Assembly (NCBI GenBank): GCA_963803435.1
Contig: CAWDML010000005.1
Span: forward strand, 384,001 to 448,000
Source of the DNA: an uncultured delta proteobacterium
GTDB lineage: Bacteria; Myxococcota; Kuafuiibacteriia; Kuafuiibacteriales; Kuafuiibacteriaceae
Direction of reading: 5' to 3'
Length of the DNA stretch: 64,000 nt
The translations under genes were made by a program, and so were the position numbers. Within the stretch, counting starts at the first letter, position 1. The number at the start of each line of letters is the position of its first letter. The notes under the pieces are model-generated. The model searched no databases. It had not been told where the DNA came from and saw only the letters and a list, made by a program, of their open reading frames with translations. Positions 52,697-62,315 of the stretch are shown here, piece by piece.

Positions 52697-54004
52697 ATGC
52701 GCACGCCTGCCCCGACACTGCGCGCGATCCTCGCGATCGCGCTCCCCAGCGCCGTATTCACGGTGCTCACCAACGGCTATCGCGTCGTCGATCAGTACTT
52801 CGCGCAGCGCCTGTCCGTCGACGCGCAGGGTGCGGTCGGGTCGGCGGTGTTCGTACTGCTGTTCTTCTACGCCGCCTTCGAGATGATCGCGGCTGGTGCG
52901 GGACCGTTGATCGCCCGTGCGACCGGTGCGCGCGACGACGAGCTCCGGCGTCGTGTGCTCGGCGAGGCCATCACCGGCGCGCTGATCCTGACCGTCATCC
53001 TGACTGCGGTCGGCGCCGCGGGTGCGGGCGTGATCGCCGAATCGCTGGGGCTCGAGGGCCGGACGGCGGTCGAGTGCACCCACTATCTTCGGTGGCTCTT
53101 TCTCACGATGCTGCCGTTGGTCCTAACACCGCTGATCGACCAGGCCTTCCTCGCCCTCGGATCTGCGCGCGCACCGATGGTTCTGCACGCCGTTTCGCTC
53201 GGGCTCAACATCATCCTCACTCCGCTCCTGATCGAGCGGCTCGGAATCGGCGGTGCGGCCCTTGCCTCCAACGTCGCGCGCGGGATCGCCACGGGCATCG
53301 GTTTGGTGCTCCTGGCCCGCGAGACCGGCCTCCGGGTCCGGCACCTCCGGCTCACCGGGCTCCTCCGTCGCGTGGTGCGGATCGGGCTGCCCATGGCCGC
53401 TGGGAGCGCGCTCTATGCGGGCGTCTACTGGGCGATGCTCGAGACCAGCATCTCGCCGCTCGGACCGCAGGTGAACGCGGGCCTCGGTATCGGCTTCTCT
53501 GCGCTCGAGGGTTGCACGTGGCCGCTGTTCCACGGGGTGTCGCTCGGCGTTGCCTCGCTGGTCGGCCGCCACCTGGGCGCCGGGCGTCCGGACCTCGCGC
53601 AAGCCACCTTGCGGGGAGCTGTCCCGCTCTCGACGGTGGCGGGTCTGGGGGCCGCCGCGATCTTCTTCTTCTTCGGCGGGCCGCTCACCGGGCTCTTCAC
53701 CGACGACGCCGCCGTTCACGACGCCGCCACCGGCTATGCCACCATCCTGGCCGCCTCCCAGCTCTTCGTCGCCTGGGAGGCGCTCGCCGAGGGCGTGCTG
53801 GCCGGGGCGGGCGATACGCGGACCGTCTTCTGGATCAACGCTCCGCTCAACCTGCTCCGGGTCCCGCTGGCCTGGCTCTTCGCCTTTCCGCTGGGCGCCG
53901 GCGCCGCGGGGATCTGGTGGGCGATCAACCTGACCACCTACGCGAAGTCGCTCCTCAAGGGACGAGCCGCCATGCGGGGGGACTGGGCGCTCCTGGATCC
54001 CTAG
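52697..54004 (+). CDS. MATE family efflux transporter
   Basis: About 12 TM helices; ILAIALP, NIILTPLLI..LGIGGAALA, LAGAGDT, GAAGIWWA. Confidence 0.9.
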   Translation: MRTPAPTLRAILAIALPSAVFTVLTNGYRVVDQYFAQRLSVDAQGAVGSAVFVLLFFYAAFEMIAAGAGPLIARATGARDDELRRRVLGEAITGALILTVILTAVGAAGAGVIAESLGLEGRTAVECTHYLRWLFLTMLPLVLTPLIDQAFLALGSARAPMVLHAVSLGLNIILTPLLIERLGIGGAALASNVARGIATGIGLVLLARETGLRVRHLRLTGLLRRVVRIGLPMAAGSALYAGVYWAMLETSISPLGPQVNAGLGIGFSALEGCTWPLFHGVSLGVASLVGRHLGAGRPDLAQATLRGAVPLSTVAGLGAAAIFFFFGGPLTGLFTDDAAVHDAATGYATILAASQLFVAWEALAEGVLAGAGDTRTVFWINAPLNLLRVPLAWLFAFPLGAGAAGIWWAINLTTYAKSLLKGRAAMRGDWALLDP

Positions 54005-54010
54005 CCGAGC

Positions 54011-54991
54011 TCAGAAAGGACAGACGATGTCGATCGTGTTCCCGCGTGCCAGGTAGAGGTGATGGTTCGAGGGCTCGATCGCGAGCGCGCCGTCGAGCTC
54101 GCGCGAGCCGCCGAACGGAAAGCTACCCAGCGAGCCGCCGGCGCGATCGAGCTTCTGCAGGCGCGAGCTCCACGGATCGGTGGCGTAGAGGTTGCCGGCG
54201 GTGTCGAGCGCGACCTTGGTCGGCCCCCAGAACACGCCATCCTCGGCACCGCCGTCGAACATCCCGAGCTCGGTGCCGCGCCCGCCGAACTCGAGCGCCT
54301 GCGCCCGCGTGGACAGGTCGAACTGGTGGATGGTGTTGCGAAAGAGATCCGCGATCCAGAGGTAGCCTCGCGGATCCCAGGCGAGCCCGAGCGGAAGCAG
54401 CACCTGTCCCGGGTTCGGTCCCTCCTCGCCGAAGTCATCGACATAGGTGCCGTCGGTCCGATACCGGAACAGCACCCGGCCGCCCACGTAGAGGATGTTC
54501 TCATCGTCGAGCGCGACGCTGAGCGCCATGTCGTTGGCCATGTCCGGCTCGGTGGTCTCGAAGCGATCCTCCAGCACGCCCTCGGGAGAGTAACGAAAGA
54601 TCGTCGGCGTGCCGTTCTGATCGTCCCAGTCGACCACGTACGTGGTGCCGTCGCTCGCGACCGCGAGATCGCGCACCACCCCGAGATCGCCGCGGCCGAA
54701 GCTCCGGATCAGCCGATGCTCCGGCGCTGGCGACAGCACGGTCACGTGGCTCTGCGACACCGGAGTCTCGCGGTTCAGCACGTACAGGTTGCGCTCGCCG
54801 TCGAACGCGATCCCGGTGACGCCGTAGAGGCGGGCGTCGCCGGTCGGCGCCGGCACGGACACGCGGCTCCGATAGTCGGTCATGCAGCCGTCTCCGCCAC
54901 CCGGGATCCCGCCGTCGTCTCCCACGACGCGGATCGACTCGGGACACCCGCAGACCAGGAGCAGCAGCGCGAGCGGACCTCCCCGGAGCAT
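54011..54991 (-). CDS. NHL repeat lipoprotein
   Basis: VCGC lipobox; GIAFDGERNLYV, PLGLAWD, PTKVALDTAGNLYATD blades. Confidence 0.85.
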   Translation of the reverse strand: MLRGGPLALLLLVCGCPESIRVVGDDGGIPGGGDGCMTDYRSRVSVPAPTGDARLYGVTGIAFDGERNLYVLNRETPVSQSHVTVLSPAPEHRLIRSFGRGDLGVVRDLAVASDGTTYVVDWDDQNGTPTIFRYSPEGVLEDRFETTEPDMANDMALSVALDDENILYVGGRVLFRYRTDGTYVDDFGEEGPNPGQVLLPLGLAWDPRGYLWIADLFRNTIHQFDLSTRAQALEFGGRGTELGMFDGGAEDGVFWGPTKVALDTAGNLYATDPWSSRLQKLDRAGGSLGSFPFGGSRELDGALAIEPSNHHLYLARGNTIDIVCPF

Positions 54992-54993
54992 CG

Positions 54994-56748
54994 CTAGACG
55001 ATCGTGATGGGCGCCCAGCTCCACAGGGTCGGTCGGGGCGCCTGCAACATGAGCTGCAGCTCTTCGATCAGGACGTGGAGCCGCGGATCCGGGAGCATCC
55101 CGATCAGCTGCGCCAGCGGCACCGCGTCCTTCTTCTCGAACGGCCTCGGGCGCAGCAGGTTGCCGCGGGCCTTGATCAGCACCGGATCCCGCTCGAACCG
55201 ACCGCCGGCCGCGTCCTTGGCGCGATCGACGGCCTCCTCCATGCCGCCCAGCCCGTCGACGAGACGGTGCGTGCGCGCGGCCTTGCCGGACCAGACGCGC
55301 CCCTCGGCCACCGCGTGTACCTCCTCCTTCGTCAGGCTGCGGGCCTCGGCGACCAGGCCGATGAACGCGTCGTACATCGCGGCCACGCTCTCCTGCGCAT
55401 GCGCGCGGTCGTCGTCGTCGAGCCCGGTCCACGGATCGTAGAGGTCCGCGTGACGCCGGTTCTTGATCACGTCGTGACCGACCGCCAGCATCTCCGTGAG
55501 CTTGGGCCAGGTCGGGAGCATCGCGAACACGCCGATGCTCCCGGTGATGGTGAGTGGATTGCAAACAATGCTGCGCCCGCCGCAGGCCACGTAGTAACCG
55601 CCGCTAGCGGCGACGTCGCCGAAGCACACGATGACCGGCTTCTCCTTGTCGAGCCGGTGGACGGCCGAGTAGATCGCGTCGCTCGCAGTGACGCTCCCGC
55701 CGCGCGAGTCGACGTGCAACACGAGCGAATGGATCGAGGGATCGTTGAGGGCGGCGCGCAGGTCGGCGACGACGCCCCGATCGATGGCGAGGCGGTCGGG
55801 ATACTGGGTCAAGCCGGGCGCGGCATCGACGATCGGCCCGTGCACCTCCACGATGCCCACACGCTTCTTCTTCGAGCGGAACAACGGCGGCAGGTCGCGA
55901 AGCGAGAGGTAGGTCCCGGCGCCGACGAACTGCGGCGCCTCCTCGGCCTCCTCGATCTCCTCGATCACCTCGCCGAGATCCTCGTCGCGGCCGACGGCGT
56001 CGACGAATCCGCTGGCCTTCGCCTGGGAGCCGATCAGCGGCGCCCGATCCAGCATCTTCAGCGCTGCGTCGCGATCGAGGACGCGGCCGTCCATCACGCT
56101 CCGGATGAGGGCGTCGTCGAACTCGTCGATCAGCTCCTGGCACTGCTCCCGGTCGAACGGGCTGCGATCGTTGCGGGTGAACCGCTCCGGGGCCGACTTG
56201 AACCGCCCCACCCCCGCGACCTCGATCTTCACGCCCACCTTCTCGAGCGGCTCCTTGAGGAAGAGCCCGGGCACAGCGTTGCCGACAGCGGCGAACATCC
56301 CGGTCGGCGTCATCACGATCTTGGTGGCGGCCGACGCCACCATCAGCTCCTTGTTGCCCACGTGGTTGATCGGGTGGACCACGACTTCCTTCTTGGCGTC
56401 GCGGATGCGCGCCAGGAGACCGCGGATCTCTTGAGTCGAGGCCCAGCCGCCCGCGAGGACGCCGAGGCGGACCAGGACGCCCTTCGCGTAGGGATCGTCG
56501 ATCACCTCGTCGGTGAACTTGCGCAACCTCGAGAGCACGACCTTGATCGGCTCCTCGCGGCGCAAGATACGTTGCAACAGGGGATGGAGCCGGGGAGGAT
56601 GCCGGACCTCGACCACCTCACCCTCGAGCTGCAGCTCGAGCCAGCCGTGCTTCTGGAGCACCTTTCTGCGGCTACGTGCGCGGATAGGCCGCCACAGCAA
56701 CGCCAGCAGGAACACCAAGGGCGCCACCAACTTTTGGAGGAGTCGCAA
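54994..56748 (-). CDS. sppA: signal peptide peptidase SppA (long form)
   Basis: GRFKSAPE, VDSRGGS, AASGGYY, TITGSIGV, VAEGRVWSG. Confidence 0.92.
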   Translation of the reverse strand: MRLLQKLVAPLVFLLALLWRPIRARSRRKVLQKHGWLELQLEGEVVEVRHPPRLHPLLQRILRREEPIKVVLSRLRKFTDEVIDDPYAKGVLVRLGVLAGGWASTQEIRGLLARIRDAKKEVVVHPINHVGNKELMVASAATKIVMTPTGMFAAVGNAVPGLFLKEPLEKVGVKIEVAGVGRFKSAPERFTRNDRSPFDREQCQELIDEFDDALIRSVMDGRVLDRDAALKMLDRAPLIGSQAKASGFVDAVGRDEDLGEVIEEIEEAEEAPQFVGAGTYLSLRDLPPLFRSKKKRVGIVEVHGPIVDAAPGLTQYPDRLAIDRGVVADLRAALNDPSIHSLVLHVDSRGGSVTASDAIYSAVHRLDKEKPVIVCFGDVAASGGYYVACGGRSIVCNPLTITGSIGVFAMLPTWPKLTEMLAVGHDVIKNRRHADLYDPWTGLDDDDRAHAQESVAAMYDAFIGLVAEARSLTKEEVHAVAEGRVWSGKAARTHRLVDGLGGMEEAVDRAKDAAGGRFERDPVLIKARGNLLRPRPFEKKDAVPLAQLIGMLPDPRLHVLIEELQLMLQAPRPTLWSWAPITIV

Positions 56749-56752
56749 ACGT

Positions 56753-57415
56753 TCACTCCTTTCTCGGGAAGGCAGAAAACGGAACGTCCAGGCGGGGATA
56801 CTTGTTCCGAATCGCCTCGGGCGTGTGCTCGTTGAAGTGCCACCACTCGTTCAGGATCCCGTGCATGCCGCTCTCCCGCATCGCCCGCCGCAGGATCCTC
56901 CGATTGCGAACCTGCGTCTCGCTCAGTTTACCCTCGCGGAGGAACTTCGCCTCGTGGCGAGGCTCCGCCAGCGGGCCCAGGTAGTCATAGGGCGTCCCCA
57001 TGTCGAGCTCGTGCCCGGCTCGATCGGCCAGTGTGAGGTCCACGGCCGCCCCATACGAGTGGATCGACCCGACCTTGGTGTGTGGGTTCGCGACGTAACG
57101 GGCCTTGGGCGTGCCCGCGACCGCCTCCCACATGACACTCTGGACCGAATGCGGCCGATAACAGTCCTTGAACATGAGGCGGAGGCCGGCGTGATGGTCG
57201 TCGAGCCACCGCTGGGCCGTGGACATCTTCTCCGACACACTCCGCACCAAGAGGCAGCGAGCCTCGGGATAGACCTTCTGCTTGAAGAAGTTGTCGGCGG
57301 TCGCGTACCGGATGTCGAGCAGGAAGCGGTCGTCGAGCGTGGTGACGTCCACTAGATCGGGCAGCGTCCCCGAAGCGGGGTCGGCGGCGAGGAGCAGCAA
57401 CAAGATCACCTGCAT
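56753..57415 (-). CDS. M15 D-alanyl-D-alanine dipeptidase (DdpX/VanX-like), secreted
   Basis: IRYATADNF, DCYRP, SIHSYGAAVDLTL, DMGTPYD, EWWHF. Confidence 0.92.
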   Translation of the reverse strand: MQVILLLLLAADPASGTLPDLVDVTTLDDRFLLDIRYATADNFFKQKVYPEARCLLVRSVSEKMSTAQRWLDDHHAGLRLMFKDCYRPHSVQSVMWEAVAGTPKARYVANPHTKVGSIHSYGAAVDLTLADRAGHELDMGTPYDYLGPLAEPRHEAKFLREGKLSETQVRNRRILRRAMRESGMHGILNEWWHFNEHTPEAIRNKYPRLDVPFSAFPRKE

Positions 57416-57954
57416 CACTTCGACTTGGGCCGAAACGCCTTCACCTTGGAGTCGTCGGTGGTGAGATACGGTCCGTCGATCAGATCGATGCAATACGGGA
57501 TCGCGGGCATCACGGCGTCGAGACACTCGCGGATCGATTTCGGCTTGCCCGGCAGGTTCACGATGAGGCCGTTCTTGCGGATGGCGGCCGTCTGGCGGGA
57601 GAGGATCGCGGTCGGGACGTACTGCAAGCTGACTTGCCGCATCCGCTCACCGAACCCCGGCATCAGCTTGTCCGCAACGGCTTCGGTCGCCTCCGGCGTC
57701 ACGTCGCGCGGCGCCGGACCGGTCCCTCCGGTGGTGACGACCAGGCAGCAACCTTCCCGATCGATCAGCTCGATGAGCGTGGCCTCGATCTTCGCTCGGT
57801 CGTCCGAGATGAGCCGCGCCACGGGCTCCCAGATGCTCGTCAGCACCTCGCGAAAGTATTGCTCGATCGCCGGGCCGCCCTCGTCCTGATAGATCCCCGC
57901 GCTGGCTCGGTCCGAGACGGTGACGATGCCGATCTTCGCCGTTCTCTCAGCCAC
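57415..57954 (-). CDS. mog: molybdopterin adenylyltransferase
   Basis: VSDRASAGIYQDEGGP, TTGGTGPAPRDVTPEAT, VPTAILSRQ, NLPGKPKSI, AIPYCIDL, AFRPK. Confidence 0.95.
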   Translation of the reverse strand: MAERTAKIGIVTVSDRASAGIYQDEGGPAIEQYFREVLTSIWEPVARLISDDRAKIEATLIELIDREGCCLVVTTGGTGPAPRDVTPEATEAVADKLMPGFGERMRQVSLQYVPTAILSRQTAAIRKNGLIVNLPGKPKSIRECLDAVMPAIPYCIDLIDGPYLTTDDSKVKAFRPKSK

Positions 57955-57966
57955 GGAGCGAGCGTG

Positions 57967-58569
57967 TCACAGATTGCCGTCGTGGAGGAGCGCCTCCCGC
58001 GTCTTCAGCGCCGACCGGACCAGCGCGTAGACGAGGAGCACCGGGCCGAGATGAAAAAGGTAGAGGTGCACCGGATCCACCATGGCGCACGAGAAGTGGA
58101 GCGCGATCGCGCCCGTTCCGGCGATGCCGAGCGCCAGGATCCAGCCTGGATCGGGGAAGCGTCGCCACAGTCGTCCACTGAGCGCGCCGAGGAGGATCAT
58201 GGCCACCGCGGACACGAACGTCCCATACGCGAGACACTTCACGCCCATGGTCATCGGCGCATCCCAGTCGGCGAGCACCGCGAAGGCGCCGGCGAGGCCG
58301 AGGCCGGCGGCCACCGTCACCCCGCGGAACATGCGCGCTCGAAAGAGCGGGACGCCGACCCCCGCGGCGATCGCCGCGGTGGAGGAGAGGAAGAGTCCGG
58401 CGAGTGTCACGGCCCAGACGGACGTTCGAGGGAGTGCTTGCGGCTTCTGAGGACCGAGGAGGAGGCCGGCGACGGCGAGGCTCATCAACCCCAGGAACAG
58501 CGCCACCGCGGTTCGACGGCGGCGGCGCAGCCCGTCCAGATCCGCCCGGATATGGGCAATGGCATCCAC
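57967..58569 (-). CDS. NrsF/DUF1109-like membrane anti-sigma factor
   Basis: About 6 TM helices with GVKCL and ALHFSC..DPVHLYLFH motifs. Confidence 0.7.
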   Translation of the reverse strand: MDAIAHIRADLDGLRRRRRTAVALFLGLMSLAVAGLLLGPQKPQALPRTSVWAVTLAGLFLSSTAAIAAGVGVPLFRARMFRGVTVAAGLGLAGAFAVLADWDAPMTMGVKCLAYGTFVSAVAMILLGALSGRLWRRFPDPGWILALGIAGTGAIALHFSCAMVDPVHLYLFHLGPVLLVYALVRSALKTREALLHDGNL

Positions 58570-58580
58570 CCTTGGGACTC

Positions 58581-58607
58581 TACGCCGAGCGTTTGCGGCT
58601 TGTTACA
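58581..58607 (-). promoter_or_regulatory. ECF-sigma-type promoter candidate
   Basis: Minus strand TGTAAC-N17-CGTA, ending 11 nt before the GTG start of the anti-sigma-like gene. Confidence 0.5.
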
Positions 58608-58773
58608 GGGGTTCGGACAAGGTCCGCAGGCTCTGCGCTAGCCCAAAGAGAGACCAGGTGTGACGTCGCCGTTCACCCGCGGCAGTGCCACCCATCACTT
58701 CCGGAGCGCCGGCCGGCCACGACCCGCGTCGAGGCTATTGATCGCGCGAAGAATGCCCGCTACAGGGCCGCGC

Positions 58774-59439
58774 ATGAAGAAAGCTCTCACGACTCTCCTT
58801 TTCGCCTGTGTCTCGGCCGGCTCTTTCAGCTGCGCGAGCACGACAATCTACAAGCGCCCCGACGCGCCCAAGGCGAATCTGGCGACGGACAAGTTCTTGA
58901 TCATGCCCGTCGACATCCACGGCCTGCCCGGTGACAAGGACGCGCAGGGCGCGGCGCTGTTCGGAGGCTTCCTGGCGGCGTTCAAGGAGAACGGTGTTCC
59001 GCTCCAGCCGATCAAGCCCGCGCTCGAGGCGGCCGGTCTCGGCAACATCTCCTGGGAGCTGGCCGAGGGCATGTATCACCTGGTGTCGTTCCACGAGGTC
59101 TACGACTTCAACCAGGACGGCGGCTTCCACGGCGGCGACTCGAAGCTCCCGCTGATCATCGAAGGCACCGCGAAGCTGGTCGCGCTGGCCGCCGAGCAGC
59201 TCAACCTCGACTTCAAGCCCAAGTACGTCGTCGTCGCTCACATCGACAGCACCTCGTCCTCGATTCCGAAGACGATCGGCTACCGCGTCATCGGCGGGCT
59301 CTACAACGTCGAGGATAGCAAGATCGACCAGGTGATCTGGTACGAGAAGACCACGGCGGACGACGCCGCGGCGATCCTCGCCGAGATGGGCACGCTCGGC
59401 GGCGAGCTCCACGACAAGCTCTTCCCGGCGGAAGAATAG
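58774..59439 (+). CDS. hypothetical lipoprotein
   Basis: MKK-signal with Cys (SFSC); strong GC3 bias. Confidence 0.75.
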   Translation: MKKALTTLLFACVSAGSFSCASTTIYKRPDAPKANLATDKFLIMPVDIHGLPGDKDAQGAALFGGFLAAFKENGVPLQPIKPALEAAGLGNISWELAEGMYHLVSFHEVYDFNQDGGFHGGDSKLPLIIEGTAKLVALAAEQLNLDFKPKYVVVAHIDSTSSSIPKTIGYRVIGGLYNVEDSKIDQVIWYEKTTADDAAAILAEMGTLGGELHDKLFPAEE

Positions 59440-59440
59440 G

Positions 59441-60415
59441 CTACTCGATCCACACGCCCGACGGCGGCGAGAGGAACGCGTGAAGCGTCCCCGTCGCGGT
59501 CGCGCTGGTGGCCGTTCGGATCCCGGCGAGCTCGGCGGGCACGCTCCACGAGCGGGTCCCGTCGTACCACAGCACCGCCATGTGAAGGTGAGGCTCGAGG
59601 CTCAGCCCCGAGCTTCCCGCGCGGCCCACATACGCACCCGGCAGAAGGGTCGCACCGACCTCCACCTCCGCAGGGATCGTCCCCTGACGGAAGTGGAGCA
59701 GATAGAGATAGAAGCTGCCCCCCAGGTGAAGACCGACGAGGTTCTCCACCGGGTCGGGCGGTGCGCTCCCCGGGACGTTGTCCGGTGAGTCGCGCACCAC
59801 CTCTACCACGTAGCCCCCGTTCGGCACGTACACGGGCTGATCGAAGATCAGGTAGTCCTCATTGACGGCGCCCGCTCCTTTGAAACGAACGCCGAGATCG
59901 TCGGTCTCCACCAGATCCCATGCGAAGTCGCCGTAGCCGTTCTCGGTGAGGTGGTACCGCTCCCCGGCCGTGATCACGTAGGCCCGATGATCGAGCGGCA
60001 CGCGATCGATCGTGATCCCCGCCTGCCGGAGAAAGTCGCGGTAGCTCGATGCCGCGGGCGCCGACGGCGCGAACGGGAGATCGGCGTCCGTCCGGAAGAC
60101 CACGCTGTGATCGTCGGGGTAGGCGGCGAAGTGGGCCGGATCGAAGAACGCAAACACGATCTCGTCGGCCGGGCGCTGCGCCCAGAGGGATCGATCGTAC
60201 CGCGCGATCAGCTCACCGTCCCGATAGGTCCCGCCGATCACCGGATGCGGATCGACCGCCGCGTCCGCGACCCCCGCCGCGTCCGGCCCCGACCCCGCGT
60301 CCGCCTCCGGCTCCGGCGCGGCGCCCGGCCGGCTGCACCCCGCCGCGGCGATCAGCACCAGCAACCCCGCCTGCAGGCGACCGTGGGGTCGTCGGTCGGG
60401 CGAGGATTGTTCCAT
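59441..60415 (-). CDS. M23 family metallopeptidase lipoprotein
   Basis: AAGC; H..FAWDL, YLLHFRQG, GRAGSSGLSLEPHLH. Confidence 0.82.
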   Translation of the reverse strand: MEQSSPDRRPHGRLQAGLLVLIAAAGCSRPGAAPEPEADAGSGPDAAGVADAAVDPHPVIGGTYRDGELIARYDRSLWAQRPADEIVFAFFDPAHFAAYPDDHSVVFRTDADLPFAPSAPAASSYRDFLRQAGITIDRVPLDHRAYVITAGERYHLTENGYGDFAWDLVETDDLGVRFKGAGAVNEDYLIFDQPVYVPNGGYVVEVVRDSPDNVPGSAPPDPVENLVGLHLGGSFYLYLLHFRQGTIPAEVEVGATLLPGAYVGRAGSSGLSLEPHLHMAVLWYDGTRSWSVPAELAGIRTATSATATGTLHAFLSPPSGVWIE

Positions 60416-60455
60416 CTTCTCCCGCGCCGCGAATCGTGCTCTCAATCGCTGCGTT

Positions 60456-60494
60456 GGGCGCATGACTCAGCTGGTTAGAGTGCCATCTTCACAC
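60456..60494 (+). pseudogene. tRNA-Val(CAC) 5' half only (positions 1-38)
   Basis: GGGCGCA TG ACTC AGCTGGTTA GAGT G CCATC TT CAC AC gives the acceptor 5' strand, a paired D-arm, the anticodon 5' stem and the full loop. The expected GATGG, T-arm and acceptor 3' strand do not follow. Confidence 0.75.
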
Positions 60495-60674
60495 TCTCTC
60501 TGGATGCGCGCACGAGACGCTCCCTCACGCAAGTCGGATACGGAGCGGGTCTTCTTCGGCTGCTGGTCCTTGCGGTGTTACCGATGGGAGGCCCAGCATG
60601 AGATCGGTCGAAAGCGGCGGCGAGAGTCCTCGCATCCGTCGTCTGCACGGGATCGTCGTCGAGGGCTGAGCGGT

Positions 60675-62315
60675 TCAGCGCGCGCCCTCGTAGGGCGGCA
60701 GCGTCGTCAGGCGCACGTCCTCGAGCGGACCTCCGACGGCGAAATGATACAGGCTCTGCCAGGCGCGCGTCGTGACGCCGAACAGTGCGTGGACTGGGTC
60801 GTCGAAGTAGCAGCCGATGCCGGTGGCGCGGATGCCCGCGTCTTCGGCCTCGAGGTAGAGCACCTGTCCGATCAGGCCCGCCTCCCAGAAGAGGTTCCGG
60901 TAGAACGCAGGACCGTAGCGCTCGAGGCTCTCGTAGAGCGCGGCGATCATCCCCAGGCTGAAGGCGCCGTCGCCGGCGATGCCCTGGCGGCAAGAGACGG
61001 CGGCGGCCTCGGCGCGGGCGTCGCGCGCCTCGAGCAGGAAGAGCGGAAGGCCGGGCGGACAGCCGGCCGGTGGTTGCCAGAGAAAGTCGCCGCGCAGCAC
61101 GGCGCGGAGCGGCTCGACCTGCTCCGGATCTCGAACCAGCGCGTAGAGCCCCGGCTCCAGCCCGTCGACGCGGTGGACGAACAGGCCCAGGTGAACGCGC
61201 GGTCTCCAGGCGATCGCGTCCCAGGGTGGCGCGCGCGGCGCGCGGGTGGGCACGGTCCGCGCGAGCATGCGATAGAACGTCGCGGCGGGGATCGAGGTCT
61301 CGCCGTCCATCGCGACCGCGCTCCTGCGCCCCAGGATCACGCGGTCCACGTCGAGCCCGCCCGGACCCACCGTCGGTTCGCGCAGCGCGTCCTCGGCGGG
61401 GGCCGTCGAGAGGTCCTCGTTCATCGGCGGCGCCTCGGCTCTTTGGGCCGCGCGCGCCACCTCCTCGATCACCGGCCAGTCGTGGCGATGCTCGGGGCTC
61501 AACACGTTGGCCCGGCCGTGGCGCGCCACCACCTTCGGGAGCTCCGCGAGCGAGGGCGGCGGTGCGTCGCCGGTCGCGGGCGAGACGACCGCGAGCAGAT
61601 CGGGGTGCTCTCGTTCTCCTGCGGTGAAGTCGCGCTCGTGATCGAGGGCCAGGAGGCGCGCCACCGTCGCGTCGTCGAGCTCCGGGAGGAGGCGGAGCCG
61701 CCAGCCGAGCAGCGCCGCCGAGATGCGGAGCGCACCCAGCGCGTGGCCGACGTCGTGCTGGCAGTAGCGGAACGCGCGCTCTCCGTACTTCCACGCCTCG
61801 CGCCAGAGGATCGAGGAGAGGCCCACCAGGAAGGTGCCCGGCGGGCCGATCGCGCGATCGAGATCGGCGCGGCGCTCCAGGCCGTGCTCCCTGGGCGCGT
61901 AGTGGTAGAGGGCCGGGCCGTCGTGGAGGCCCTCGAGGGCGGGCAAGAGCGCGTAGCCCTCGGTCGGGTGGAGATTTCCGCTCGACGGGTTCGCGCGCAA
62001 GGACCAGGTCGAGGTGCCGAAGCGCTTCCAGGCGGTCAACGAGAGGCTGTAGCGGAAGAAGTCCGACAGCGATGCGATCGAGAGCGTCGCCGGCTCGACG
62101 GCGTCCATGGAGAAGAGCTGTCGGTACGGTGTCGATCGCGGGAGCCCGAGCGGGAGGGGGATCAAGGGCGCGCCCCAAAAGCGACGGAATGGATCCGGCT
62201 GGCTCTCCCAGTCGAGGTACCCCGGCGAGGCGGCGAAGCGATGGAAGTGGTGCTTGGTGCGCTCGTGGTAGGCGACGACGATCTCCTCCGGACCGAGCTC
62301 GTCCGCGCCCGTCAT
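60675..62315 (-). CDS. two-domain nitroreductase (SagB/ThcOx-like family)
   Basis: YHERTKH, LDWESQPDPFR, LRANPSSGNLHPTE, REAWKYGERAFRYCQHDVGH, RRSA, YLEAE..ATGIGCYFDD. Confidence 0.9.
   Translation of the reverse strand: MTGADELGPEEIVVAYHERTKHHFHRFAASPGYLDWESQPDPFRRFWGAPLIPLPLGLPRSTPYRQLFSMDAVEPATLSIASLSDFFRYSLSLTAWKRFGTSTWSLRANPSSGNLHPTEGYALLPALEGLHDGPALYHYAPREHGLERRADLDRAIGPPGTFLVGLSSILWREAWKYGERAFRYCQHDVGHALGALRISAALLGWRLRLLPELDDATVARLLALDHERDFTAGEREHPDLLAVVSPATGDAPPPSLAELPKVVARHGRANVLSPEHRHDWPVIEEVARAAQRAEAPPMNEDLSTAPAEDALREPTVGPGGLDVDRVILGRRSAVAMDGETSIPAATFYRMLARTVPTRAPRAPPWDAIAWRPRVHLGLFVHRVDGLEPGLYALVRDPEQVEPLRAVLRGDFLWQPPAGCPPGLPLFLLEARDARAEAAAVSCRQGIAGDGAFSLGMIAALYESLERYGPAFYRNLFWEAGLIGQVLYLEAEDAGIRATGIGCYFDDPVHALFGVTTRAWQSLYHFAVGGPLEDVRLTTLPPYEGAR

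Noticed and set aside
56753-57415. vanX glycopeptide-resistance locus
   Set aside because: No vanH/vanA/vanRS; a signal-peptide-bearing DdpX-type enzyme in a housekeeping operon.
60495-60674. Intron-containing tRNA with the 3' exon at the GATGG near 60583
   Set aside because: No T-arm (GTTCGA) or TGCGCCC acceptor strand follows, and the interval is too short for a group I intron.
60675-62315. Azole-RiPP (TOMM) cluster suggested by the SagB-like gene
   Set aside because: No YcaO, E1-like protein or Cys/Ser/Thr-rich precursor nearby; it fits the stand-alone two-domain nitroreductase type.
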